DNA of 64,000 bases, taken from assembly GCF_963921235.1 (NCBI RefSeq), contig NC_086109.1, forward strand, positions 17,610,001 to 17,674,000. Reading direction: 5' to 3'. Positions 40,849-52,996 of this stretch are shown here, one piece after another. The DNA is from Mobula hypostoma. Taxonomy: Eukaryota. Position 1 is the first letter of the stretch, and every line of letters starts with the position of its first letter. The translations under genes and the position numbers were made by a program. Below the pieces are notes generated by a model. The model searched no databases. It saw only the letters and a list, made by a program, of their open reading frames with translations, and was not told the DNA's origin.

Positions 40849-40927
40849 CAAAGGTCTCAACCTGAAGTTCATGGACCCCTTGCCTAGCGGTAGTAGTCCA
40901 TGGCATTAAAAAGGTTTGGAACCTCAA
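40849..40927 (-). mobile_element. hAT MITE, same family as 24296-24376
   Basis: Reverse-complement similarity to the first copy; degenerate 8-bp TSD ctctgaac / ttctaaac; sits inside a CR1 tail. Confidence 0.55.
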
Positions 40928-41006
40928 TTCTAAACCCTGCCTATCTAAATCCCTGTCTAACGTCCTTTTAAACATTGCAATTGTTCCTGCCTCTATCACC
41001 TACTTT

Positions 41007-41560
41007 GAATCAGAATCAGATTTAATATCACCAGCATATGTCATGGAGTTTGTTGTCTTTGTAGCAGCAGTACAATGCAATAGATAATAGTAGAGAGAAA
41101 AAACTGTGAATTATATTTAGTGTGTGTGTGTATATATATGAAATAGTTAAATAGGTAGTGCAATAGTGCTCATGGGTTCAACGTCCATCTGGAAATCGGA
41201 TGGCAGAGGGGAAGAAGCTGCTCCTGAATCACTGAGTGAATGCCTTCAGGCTCTTGTACCTCATTCCTGATGGTAGCAATGAGAAGAGGGCATGTCCTGG
41301 GTGATGGGGGGTCCTTAATGACAGATGCCGCCTTTTTGCCCTTTGAAGATGTCTTGTATACTGTGAAGGCAAGTGCTCGTGATGGAGCTGACTGAATTCC
41401 CCACTTTCTACAGCTTCCTTCGATCCTGTGCAGTCCCCCCACCCCACCCCACCAACCATTTTCCATACCAGACGGTGATGCAGCCAGTTAGAATGCTTTC
41501 CGTGGTACATTAGTAGAAATTTGAGAGTGTCTTGGGTGACATACCAAATCCCCTCAAACT
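41007..41560 (-). mobile_element. Rex1/Babar-like 3' fragment
   Basis: HHPGHALFSLLPSGMRYKSLKAFT motif, plus a 3' UTR with a (TCTGAT)n tail. Confidence 0.7.
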
Positions 41561-42400
41561 CTGACAGTTTGTTCATCATACCCACCACTCCTGTGTGGAA
41601 AAACTTGCCTCTCATGTCCCTTTTAAACGTTTTTCCCAACTCACTTTAAATCCATGCCCTCTAGGTTTATATTCCCCTCCTTTGGAATAAAAAGACTGGC
41701 CATTCACTCTCTCTAACGCCTTTATTAAGTTAAGTTACCTCTCAGCCTCTTACACTCCAAAGGAAAAAAAATCCCAACCTATCCAGTCTCTGAAGTCCTC
41801 CAATTCCAGTAACATACCCATGAATTTTTCCTGTACCCTTCCCTATAGCTCCACGACCAGAACTGCGTACAATACTCCAAGTATGGTCTCATCAAAGTTC
41901 TGTACAGCTGTGATATAACATCCCAACTCTTGTACTCAGTGCCAAATACACTCTTTTCACCAGCCGATCCACCTGTCTCTTAACTTTAAGGAAGCTACCA
42001 CTGCAATTACTCCTACTTCCATGTACTCTAGTCTCTGGCAATCTGCTGTATGGAATCATATGGACATGATCTGATAGGTTATGAATGGTCTGATGGAGTC
42101 AACAATAATATTCTTAGAGAAAGCAAAACTATGGGCAAGATATATTTAGTGCCTAGCTATAGGATTGTTGCAATATTACAATTTATGGAGGACACTCAGC
42201 CCATCACATCTATGCTAGGCAAGAATGGATTTTGGGCAGCACGGTTGATCCAGGCAGAGGTCAGTGTAATGCTATTACAGTGCCAGCAACCTGCATACAA
42301 TTCTCCCGTGGTCTGTGAGGATTTTGTACATTCTCTCTGTGACTGCAAGGGTTTCCTTCAGGTGCTCCAGTTTCTTTCCACATTCCAAAGACATATGGGT

Positions 42401-42770
42401 TAGACCATAAGACACAGGAGCAGAATTAGGCCATTTGGCCCATCGAGTCTGCTCCACCATTCAATCATAGCTGATCCTCTTTTGTCCTCCTCAGCCCCAC
42501 TCCCTGTAACCTTTGATGCCATGTCCAATCAAAAACCTATCAAGCTCTGCTTTAAATACACCCAACGACCTGGCCTCCGCAGCTGCCCGTGGTAACAAGT
42601 TCCCCAAATTCACCACCTGTGGTTAAAGAAATTTCTCCGCATCTCTGTTTTAAATGGATGCCCCTCTATCTGAGGCTGTGCCCTCTTGTCCTACGCTCTC
42701 CCACTATGGAAAACATCCTTTCCACATCTACTCTATCTCGGCCTTTCAACATTCAAAAGGTTTCAATGAG
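42401..42770 (-). mobile_element. CR1 3' tail inserted in a V-SINE (SINE ~42235-42400 and ~42953-43030)
   Basis: CR1 3' end homology; the SINE core resumes after the insert. Confidence 0.7.
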
Positions 42771-42775
42771 TAAGT

Positions 42776-42941
42776 GGGGTTTAAAGACCAGCGAATCCGG
42801 TGAGTGTGGCGAAAGGGTGCAGAACATTGAACACGTTCTGCGCAACTGCCCACTCTCACCTGATTTAGCTGACACTGACCTGCTCAACATCAACCAAACA
42901 ACACTAGAGTGGCTGGCCGTCTGGTGTGACAAGCTATGTTG
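42776..42941 (+). mobile_element. Vingi/Ingi-like LINE 3' end (zinc-knuckle remnant)
   Basis: KWGLKTSESGECGERVQNIEHVLRNCP...WLAVWCDKL; 11-bp TSD aatgagtaagt at 42765-42775 and 42942-42952. Confidence 0.6.
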
Positions 42942-43727
42942 AATGAGTAAGTCAATTGATCACATGGGTGTAACTGGGTGGCCTGGGCTCGCTGGGACGG
43001 AAGGGCCTGTGCTGTTTCTCTGAATAAAATAAAGTTAATCCCACCCTATGGCTCTTTGTCCATATCCTTGTAGGTTGTGATTAACCCAGTACTTTTTAAA
43101 TGTGGTGGGAATTTTTGCAACCATCATCTTGACTGCCACTATTCAATGAGTGAAATAATTTCTTTTTTTCAACTCCTCCTTAACTGTTCTATTTATTTAA
43201 ATCCCTGCCCCAAAGTTACTGTCCTCCCTGCTCTGGGAAATAATTCAATCCAGTTTACCCTGATTCAGCCTTGTTACATGTTTCAATTAAGTGTGCTGTC
43301 AGTCCCTATCCCAGTCTAGCCATCCTTTCCTTGTGATTATGACTCTCCCACCCTCCCAACATTCATGAATGTCCCCTTGACCCTTTCGACTGCTGCACAT
43401 CCTCCCGTACTACGATGACCAGGACTATACGAAGTGCTTTCTCTGTGGCTTATCAATTATTTTGAATGGACTTCCCTTCTCTTGCATTCTGTGCCTCAAC
43501 AGAAAAAATCAAAAGGGGGTTTAAAGAAGACTCTGTGTCTAAAAAGCGAGGAACTTGCTCCTTTGAGGAGCAGTTGAGACATTTGTGAAGAGATACAAGG
43601 TAAATCTTGAGAAAAGGGCCAGATGGCCTAATTCTGGTTCTATAGCGCATTGTCTCATGATCTGAAGAAGATAATACTCATTGCATTGTAAGTAGGGTAG
43701 GACCTCCATGTCGATCGTATAACTAAC

Positions 43728-43958
43728 AAGAGAAAATCTGCAGATGCTGGAAATCAAAGCAACACACACAAAATGCTGGAGGAACTCAGCTGGCCAGGCA
43801 GCGCCTATGGAAAAGAATAAACAACCAATGTTTCTGGCCGAGACCCTTCATCAGAAAAAAAGCAATCCTGATGAAGAGTCTTGGCCCGAAACGTCAACTG
43901 TTTACTCCTTTTCCATAGATGCTACCTGGCCTGTTGAGTTGCTCCAGCATTTTGTGCG
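43728..43958. mobile_element. Penelope-derived palindromic element with two back-to-back hammerhead cores
   Basis: Arms ~43766-43854 and 43868-43958 with a 13-nt spacer. The plus arm reads CTGATGA-aGAGTcttgGCCC-GAAAC-GTC. Confidence 0.75.
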
Positions 43959-46509
43959 CACTGGAAGCATTTAACTGTTGGTTCGAGTGGCTTTGTTCTG
44001 GGCAACACCTTCCGAGTAATGTGAATTTATGAGTAGAGAAGTCCATCTTACAGGGAGAATGAAGCATGGATGTGATTAATTGCTTTATAATTTCTATGAC
44101 ATTTCATAGTATTTATCCCTATAGATTGTTGCTGACGCTGATTGCTTTCAAGATGTTTTGGTGTGGATGAAAGCATGTTGTAGCATCATCTTGAGATAAT
44201 AACATAATTAGCAGCTATGTCAGAGGTGATAACGTGAGGTTCTTGCTCTGTGGGGGGAGGCCCAGCCAAAGATGAAGTGATATATTTATTTCTGTATATG
44301 TACTGATTGGCTAGGAGCAATCCACTCTACGTGTGACTTGGTCAGTGAGATAGAGAAAGAAGCACTACAAGGCAAGTTAAAAAATCAGTCTCTGAAGAAA
44401 AGCAAATATGACTAATTGTAAGCTATTCTTCTATTGTCTATACATTTACATTTTGGCGATTAAACAAAGTATCTTAATGGTGAATTATAGTTATCTGAGA
44501 TCCTACACAATTCCTAAAGTTGACAATTGGAGATAGACACACAATTAATGACGTCATTCATTTATTCATAGTTTCTAGGCTTTGTGCCCCAGATTGGATG
44601 CAGACTGACTCTTCATGTGTAACAAATCCAAAGAGGGAAGCTACGTTAACATTGTGTTGATAGGGGTCTCTTCGTGAAACATTGACTTGTTATTCCTCTC
44701 CATAGATGCTGCCTGACCTGCTGAGGTCCTACAGCACTTTGTGTGTGTTGCCCAAGATGCTGCCTGACCTGCTGAGGTCCTACAGCGCTTACTCAAGATT
44801 CCCGACATCTCTTGTACATTTACATTACTATCACTCCTTTCAGGATCCCCTGGAACACCGAAGTGCTTTACACCCCATGACATACTTTGGAAGTGTAGCC
44901 AGTAACGGCATCTAGGAAGAACTGCAGTCAACTTGCAAACAGCAAGCTCTCACAAGACGAAATGATATAGATCATCAGTCTCTCTAGCACAGCGAGAAAT
45001 ACTGATAGGGGATAAATCAACCCAGAGAATGAATGGGTCTTTGTTTTTAATAACTTGATTAAAAGACACCACTGGTGACAGCATACTTCTCCCTTGGTAT
45101 TACGCCAGTCTGCAGTTTTAGAACATCGAACGGTACAGCACAGGAACAGGGCCTTTGGCACACAATGCTGTACCAAACTAATTAAACTAGTAATTGAACA
45201 CTTTATTAAATGAATCCCTTCAGCCTACACAATGTCAATATCCCTCTATTCTCTGCACATTCATCTGCCTATCTAAGAGCCTCTCAGATTCCTGTATCAT
45301 ATTTGCTACCACCACCACCCTCAGCTGCATATTCCAGACAGCCACCACTCCTTCTGTAAAGTAAGTTTGTCCACACACCTCCCTTAAACTTAGCTCCCCT
45401 CACCTTAAATACATGCCGCCCAGTATTAGACATTACAACCCAGGGGGTTTCATAATGTTATAAACTTCTATCAGGAGTTCCTCAGTCTCCGGCGCTCCGG
45501 AGGAATCTTTGCCTGTCAAGGTCCCGAACGAACGGTGGCAGGCATCCAATTCCCCGGAGAATGGTCAGCTGCCGCTCGGACTCAGACCACCGATTATTGC
45601 CTGCCACATCCCTTCACAGAGAGTCTGCATTCAAAGGCTTTGTGCTCAAACCTAACAGTTCCGTTTCTAATAATAGTTTGTGGTTTTGCATTTGGATTAC
45701 ATTTGTGTGGTCTGGTTTATTTCGAGTCTGATTCTGGGTTTATTCCAGACCTGACTCTGCAATCGCACTTGGGTTCACCACCATGCCTGCATCTCTCATT
45801 ACATTTGCCCTACTGTGCTGTACTCTTCTATGTCCTATATTCCTCATGTCCTCTCAGAATTTTGTGCTTTTCAATAAAACCATCTCTCATTCTCCCTAGT
45901 TCCAGAGCCAATCTATACTATTCTTTACACCCCAATAACGAACCCAATCTGTACTGCATCCTTCCACAAATAAATTGACTAAAGCTGTGCCAAGTATAGA
46001 TATGGGCTCAGCCGAAATCTGGTTCCCCTGAGTGCACATTCACACACTACCTCAATTTTATTGTGCTTTTTTGCTTTCTACTTCACAGGGACAGCAAGAG
46101 ATGTGAACGGAGAGATCCAGAGAAAAGTAGAATACACTTGCTGAATTCTTGGCCTCCCATTCCTTGGTAAAATGTCTGATCCTGCCAACTCTCCCCATTC
46201 TGCCCTCCCTAAATTCTACAATCTCCTCTTTACTGCCACTCATTGCCCCTCCCCGATATCTTATTCCCAGTCTTGATTCTGTTGTCCCTGCCCAGAACAT
46301 GTTGTTGTTCTTCATCCCAACCACAAAACATTACTTGAATGCAAGTCGCAGATCAGTCATGATTTTCTTCAGTGGCGAGCAGGCTTAAGGAGCTCTTGTT
46401 GGCATATCTCCATAGTATGTGGATGCATCAGGCAACTCTTAGTAAGACAAGGCCTTTGGAAAGGGAACGTCTTGAAACACAGTCTTGTTTCCTTTGACAA
46501 TTGACAAAA

Positions 46510-46790
46510 GGGCAGCGCAGTAGCGTAGTGGTTTGTGCAATACTTTACGTTGCTAGCAATCACTGACCGCTGATCAATTACCACTGCTGTCTGTACAGAG
46601 TTTGTACATTCTCCCGGTGACTGCATGGGTTTCCTCCCACACGCTTAATACTTAGGGTTGGGTTAGTGAGATGTGGTCATGATACGGTGGTATGGGCTGC
46701 CCCAGCACAATCCTTAGACTGTGTTGGCCGTTGACGCCAAACGATGCATTTCAATATTTTGATGTACATGTGACACATAACATTAATCGT
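46510..46790 (+). mobile_element. HE1/V-SINE-like SINE
   Basis: tRNA-like head GGGCAGCGCAGTAGCGTAGTGG and core. Confidence 0.6.
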
Positions 46791-47374
46791 AATCAGACTA
46801 TTCTGCTAATGCTGATCATCTGCATTTGTGTTTGGGGTTTTGGAGGACCTGAGTTGCCCCTGCAAGTGCAGACAAAGGAGGGAAATGGAGGGTGGATCAG
46901 GAAAGGAAAACTAGACAATAGCTGTTCAGATTTACCAGTTCCCACCTCCCTTTCATAAGGAACACTTCCTCAGCTCACTCTACACTCTTATCTCAGAGCC
47001 CAATTAAAGCTGGATGAAACGAATGCATCCAGAAATAGTGCAGTCATGAATTTTAAAATGTGTGCGAGGACCCTAATGTAATCTGTTTGAGGAGTTTCAG
47101 TTCCAATACACAACAGCAGGCTGAACAGATTCAGGTCACTGTGGGAATTTGTTAAGTGGGATACAGACCTTCTTCTGTACATTAAATTCCCTTTGTTTGC
47201 TGCTTAGTTAATTAGGCTTTGAAGTTAAAGGTAAATAGCAAATAGTCCTTTTTATAAGCAGACACTTCTCAGTTATATTTAAAGTGTCTCTTCCTTCTGT
47301 CCTAGAATACAGCCATTCTTTGATTTACAATCCATTATATTCCATCTATCAAAAAGATACATTTCCAAATATTA

Positions 47375-47610
47375 TTTATTTTTTATTTAGAGATACAGCA
47401 CAGTAACAGGACATTCCGGCCCACTGAGTCAGCATAGCCCAAATACACCCATGTGACTAATCAGCTTATGTCTTTGGACTGTGGGAGGAAACCAGAGCAC
47501 CCGGAGAAAACGCACGTGGTCACTGGGTAAACGTACAAACTCCTTGCAAAGAGTGGAGGGAAATGAACCTAGGTCACTGGTACTGTAAAGTTTTTGCGCT
47601 AACTGCTTCC
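47375..47610 (-). mobile_element. HE1/V-SINE
   Basis: Reverse-complement core gtctttggactgtgggaggaaaccagagcacccggag. Confidence 0.65.
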
Positions 47611-47814
47611 CTGTCACCCTGGAAATATTCATTCAGATATTTCTCGTGACATTTGTACTGATCAGTTTTACGCTGGCTCAAAGAGCACCCCATACCCCCA
47701 AATCGTACCTGTACTGAATCTCCCCTCCTCTCGCACAACCTCTCATGGACACATTCTACACAATTAGGAAGCTCACCACCGCCTCTACTTTCTGTGGAGT
47801 CTGGAAAGAGCTGG

Positions 47815-48430
47815 ACTACGCACATCTACTCTTGTCATTCTACAGACGTGGAGCAGGGAGCATCCTAACAAGGTGCATCACTGCATGATATGAAAATGGC
47901 ACTGGGGCGGGCAGGAAGGCTCTACAACGGGCAATCATAACTGTCCAATGCATCATCACACCAGCCTTTCTGCTAGCAAGGAAATATATACAGAAAAGTG
48001 ACGGAAAAGGGCCAGTAACATCATGAAGGATCCGACCTACCCACCTCATGGACTGTTTGCCCCACTCCCATCAGAGAAGAGGCTACGTAGCATCCACTCC
48101 AGGACCACCAGACTCAAAAACAGTTACTTTCCCCAAGCAGGAGGGATGATCAACACCTCCACCCACTGACCCAACCACCACTACTTTATCATTTCCTGTC
48201 GGAGTCACTTATGTACAGACACTCCTGTGCCTAGCATCATTTTATGGACATACAATCAACCTATGTATATAAACTATCTTACATATTTATATTTTTTGTG
48301 TTTTTTAATTGTTATTGTCTTCTTTATCTTATTGTACGTTTTTATTTGTGTTGCATTGGATCCGGAGTAACAATGATTTCTTTCTCCTTTACACTTGTAT
48401 ACTGGTTGAAATGACATTAAGCAATCTTTA
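47815..48430 (+). mobile_element. Rex1/Babar-like 3' fragment
   Basis: ILTRCITA*YEN and TTRLKNSYFPQA remnants, plus 3' UTR. Confidence 0.6.
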
Positions 48431-48790
48431 ATTCCCATCGGCCCCCTGCAGATTTAACACCCACCTACATTCTAGGAACGGTGCAGTGGCCAGGTAATCT
48501 ACCAACACTTGCATCTTTAGGATGTGGAGGGAAAACTACAGTACTTGGAGGAAATCCATAGGGTCACTGGGCGTACGTGCAAACCCCACATAGACAGTAC
48601 TGGATGTCAGGTGTGAACTTGATTCTCTGGGCTGGAACCCTAGGAGCTGCATCACTTAGAACAGTGCCAACAGAGAATTTTACCTTTCTCACACACCGAC
48701 TGTGACTCAAAGAGTCAAAGGCATTCTGGCAAGAAGTTCATAAATTGTGGCATGGTCTTATAGTCATGGAGAGACTAAGGTTCCTAAGAT

Positions 48791-49537
48791 CCGGGGTCCC
48801 CAACCTGTTTTGCACCTTGGACCGGTTTAATATTGACAAAATTCTTGCGGACCGGCAGACCAGTGGTGGTGGGGGGGGGGGCTGTTAATCACGACTGGAA
48901 TATAGGTGATAAATCAACTAAGTAACTTATAAGTGGCTAATACACTCAATGTCGTTTCTAAAAGGGTTTATCTAACAAATTTAATATTAAGCACACAGCG
49001 CGTATTTTCCCGTATGAACATATAAAATCATTGCAACACACCAATATTGCTGAATCAGTGGGAGCCCTGGGCTTGTTTTCCTGCAACAAGACGGTCCCAT
49101 CGAGGGGTGATGGGAGACAGCGATACTCGAAGGGGGTTCCTTATGTCCAGTCTATTCTGCAATTTAGTTTTCGTTGCATTCATTGCAGAAAAGCCCGCTT
49201 CGCAGAGATGTTGGAAATGGAAGCAACGTTTTCAGTGCTTTCATGGCTATCTCAGGATATTCAGCCTTGACTTTAATCCAGAATTCCGGCAGAGATGTTA
49301 TGTCAAACATACTTTTCAGCCCACCGTCACTTGCAAGCTCAAGGAGTTGATCTTCTTCCCGCGCAGACATGGATGACGCGTGGGTAATGACCTTGTGTGC
49401 ATTCAAGTTCCAACAGTTGGCATGACAGGGAATGAGGAAAGGTGCAGCTGACTCATATTGTTTCATATCGTCAAATCATATCGTTTCTTCGTGGCCCAGT
49501 AGCACATGCTTTGCGGCCCGGTGGTTGAGGACCACTG
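48791..49537 (-). mobile_element. hAT (Charlie/Buster-like) internally deleted DNA transposon
   Basis: TIRs CCGGGGTCCCCAACC / GGTTGAGGACCACTG; perfect 8-bp TSD cctaagat (48783-48790 and 49538-49545); hAT dimerisation-domain remnant LPEFWIKVKAEYPEIAMKALKTLLPFPTS. Confidence 0.9.
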
Positions 49538-49545
49538 CCTAAGAT

Positions 49546-50110
49546 TGTCATAGCCAAAGGTGGTAGTGGGAATAAGCTGCCACGACTTATAAAGTGCTCC
49601 AAATGGCGTGTGTCTCTAACAGCCTCTGACAACCAAGTCCAACTCTTGGCTGTCACGTGTGGCTTAGCTACTAGGCCCGGCGAAACCGTTTCTACTGACA
49701 AGAGAAGGGGCAAAGGCGGACCACTGGCACCTCAAAACCAGTTGCTTTGGGCAGGTGGGGCTCGTCAGCCTTGGACGCCAGCCTATCTAAGAGAAGGAAA
49801 ACTCTGACTTTCAACCTCCACTGCCTTGCGGCCATACCCACCCATGGGAAAGGCCCGAGGAAGAAATCCGGAGCCGGGGCCCCTAAGGCAGTTTGATGTC
49901 GTTTACAACTTCACTATGGAATCCCCTGCGACGACACTGGTGCCAAGCTGTATTGGTACTTACCCTTCCCTTGGAGTACATCAGTGACGTGGAGGGGGGG
50001 ATCCCACTGCATGGGGAACAGCCGGTTCTTCAAATCTTCCCACCCAGGTTTGCACCCTGGAGAGGACACAGTCCACCAGAGGTGCAAACCCATGATCCCC
50101 TGGGATTGAC
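49546..50110 (+). mobile_element. RTE-type 5' UTR-derived non-autonomous element (host of the hAT insertion)
   Basis: Motifs typical of RTE 5' regions (gggctcgtcagcc, gagaaggaaaactctga). The family call is tentative. Confidence 0.4.
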
Positions 50111-50855
50111 AGCTGTCTACTACTACATGGAGAGGTATGGCCTAGAAACAGGCCCTCCAGCCCACTGAGGCTATGCCAACAATCAACCACCTATTTATAC
50201 TAATCCTCCTTCTTTCCCTCTGCATTTCCTATCAACTCTTCCCAGATTCCATGACCTAAACATTAGGGGCAGCTTACAGTGGCCAGTCAACTGACCAACT
50301 TGCACATCTTTTGCATGTGGGGAGAAACTGGAGCAGCTGGAGGAATCCCACGTAGTCACGAGGAGAAAACGCAAAGCTCCGCGTTCCCAGCACTGGAGGT
50401 CAGGACTGATCCAGGTCACTGGAGCTAAAATAGCGGCAGCTCTGGTTGCTGCAGCATTCAATGTGGAGTGGTCTAGTAACGTAGCCGTTAGTGCAATGCT
50501 TTACAGTGCCAGCGGAAAGATTGAGTTTCAGCTCCTGCCACTGTTAGTAATGTTCTCCCCATGACTGCGTGGGTTTCCTCCCACAATCTAAAGAATTACA
50601 GTTAGGGTTTGTGAGTTGTGGCCATGCTATGCGTGAGGCAGACTCAATGGGCGGAATGGCCTAATTCTGCTCCTATGTCTTATGTTGGCATCGGAAGCAT
50701 AGCAACATTTCCGGCTCGCCCAGCCCCATCCTAACTGATTTGATTTGACGCAAATGATGCAAATCACTGTATGTTTTGATGTATATGTATAAAGATAATC
50801 TCAAAAAAAACAAAAGAATGTCACGCAGTAGAAGGTGCTGTGTTTCAAGTGAGAG

Positions 50856-51508
50856 GATTAGATTAGATTAGATTAGATTATGAGGACACGCAGTCCGCTT
50901 TTATTGTCATTTAATAATGCATGCATTAAGAAATGATACAATGTTTCTCCAGAATGATATCACAGAAACACTTGACAAACCGACTGAAAAACTGACAAAA
51001 ACCACATAATTATAACATATAGTTATAACAGTGCAAAGCAATATTGTAATTTGATAAAGAACAGACCATGGCACGGTAAAAAGTCTCAAAGTCTCTCGAA
51101 AGTCCCATCATCTCATGCAGACGGTGAACCTCCAGCGCCGCAAACTTGCCGATGCAGCATCCTAGAAGCATCACAGTCCGTCTCTGAGTCCGTCCGAAAA
51201 CTCCGAGCCTCCGACTAGCTCTCCGACACCGAGCACTGAGCACCATCCCTGCCGAGCGCTTCGACCCCGGCCCCGGCAACAGGCAATAGGCAAGGCCGAG
51301 GATTTGGGGCCCTCCCCTCCGAAGATTCTCGATCGCACAGGAGCAGCGGCAGCAAAGCGGACATTTCAGAAGTTTCTCCAGGTGTTCCTCCGTGCTTCTC
51401 ACGGCTGTCTCCATCAAATCAGGATTGTGCATGGCCCCCTAGTTAACACATATGATATCATTCGGAACGCTGCACGCGCTGCGTCGCACCGCCATCTTCT
51501 TCTCCCTC
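50856..51508 (-). mobile_element. ~650-bp non-autonomous retroelement with (TAATC)n tail, copy 2
   Basis: (GATTA)n on the plus strand; colinear with 37978-38640. Confidence 0.7.
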
Positions 51509-52618
51509 CTGAGGATAAACCTAAGTTCGAGTTGCCCCCTGAGGTGGGCATCAAATATTCTTCATCAGTATTTCAAAGAAGAGCTGAGGATTTCTCCCCA
51601 GGATCTTGGCCAACCTTTAACTCTCATCCTACACCATGAAAACTGATCCCATGATTACCACATCATAGTTTATCAGTGATCATTGAAGCTGATATTGCCT
51701 GCAACAATATCTACACATCAACAAGTACTTCAATGGCTGTAAAGCTCTTTGGGGATGATCTGAGGTCATGAAAGTATTTCTATAAATGCAAGTCTTTCTC
51801 AGTTTCACAAGCAGGAAGATAACTTTTTAAAAGCTTTTTCATTTAGCTGCGCTGTTCTCACACACACACACATATATATAATAGTTAAAATTAAGTAAGT
51901 AGTGTAAAATAGGATAAAAATTTTAAAAAGTGAGGTACTGTTCATGGATTCAATGTCCATTCAGAAATCGATGGTACTGTATAGGGGAAGAAGCTGTTCC
52001 TGAAACATTGACTGAGTCCCTTCGAGCTTCTCTACCTCCTTGCTGATGGTGGGAATGAGAAGAGCGCATGTCCTGGGTGATGGGGCTCCTTAATGATGGA
52101 CACCGCCTTTTTTGAGGCATCATTCCTTGAAATTGTCCTGGATACTACAAGTATAATTGCCTGGAAGGACAACTCTCTCTTCTGCTTGCAATATTGACAG
52201 AGGCCAAAAAACGTTACCATGCACTGCATACCAATCACTTTGTAAATATAAGCCAAGGGCCTCAAATGTATAGCAACACAGTTGGTAATTGGATTTTAAT
52301 ATTTAAACCTCGTCCCGAGAACTTGAAAATAGATAACCCTGACATTCCTGTAAACATTGATTGTTTGGCTAACCATTTATTGTTCCATTTACTTCAACAA
52401 CATAAATTTACCAGACTAGCTGGAATCTAGAAAGGCCCTTGGGATCAAATGAAGTTTGTATCCAAGGTACAGCTCATTCTTATTTCCCACTTGCAATAAA
52501 TAAGTTGTTTTAATTTACGTCGTGCATCAATTATTTATGCTTTTGTTATTGCATTCTCTGGGGCTTCAATAGTTTTCAATGGGAGGAACTCCAGGTTAAT
52601 TAAAGAAATCTAAGGGTT

Positions 52619-52890
52619 TGGGATGGCACAGTAGCATAATGCTTAGCAGAACGCTTTACAGCACAGGTGATGCGGGTTCAGTTCCTACCGCAGCCTGTAA
52701 GGAGTTTGTACATTCTTCCTGTGACCGCATAGGTTTCCTCTGAGTGCTCCAGTTTCCTCCCATAGTCCAAAGATATACCACCTCGGTTAACAGGTCATTG
52801 TAAATTGTCCTGCGATTGGGCTAGGATTAAATCGGGGGTTGCTGGGCAGATTGGCTCAAAGGGCCAGAAAGGCCTGTTCCATGCTGTATC
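52619..52890 (+). mobile_element. HE1/V-SINE
   Basis: tRNA-like head, B box GGTTCAGTTCC and V-core. Confidence 0.75.
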
Positions 52891-52996
52891 TCATCTCAAT
52901 AAGTAAATCTTAAAAATCTATCCATTTCTATTCTGAATATCATTTTTTTCTTTGCTTAATGTATGAACACCTGCAGCCCCTTTCACTGCCATTGCA

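Noticed and set aside
44704..44786. Two 32-bp direct repeats with a spacer (CRISPR-like look)
   Set aside because: Only two units, inside a Penelope-derived repeat in a vertebrate genome. It is a local duplication.
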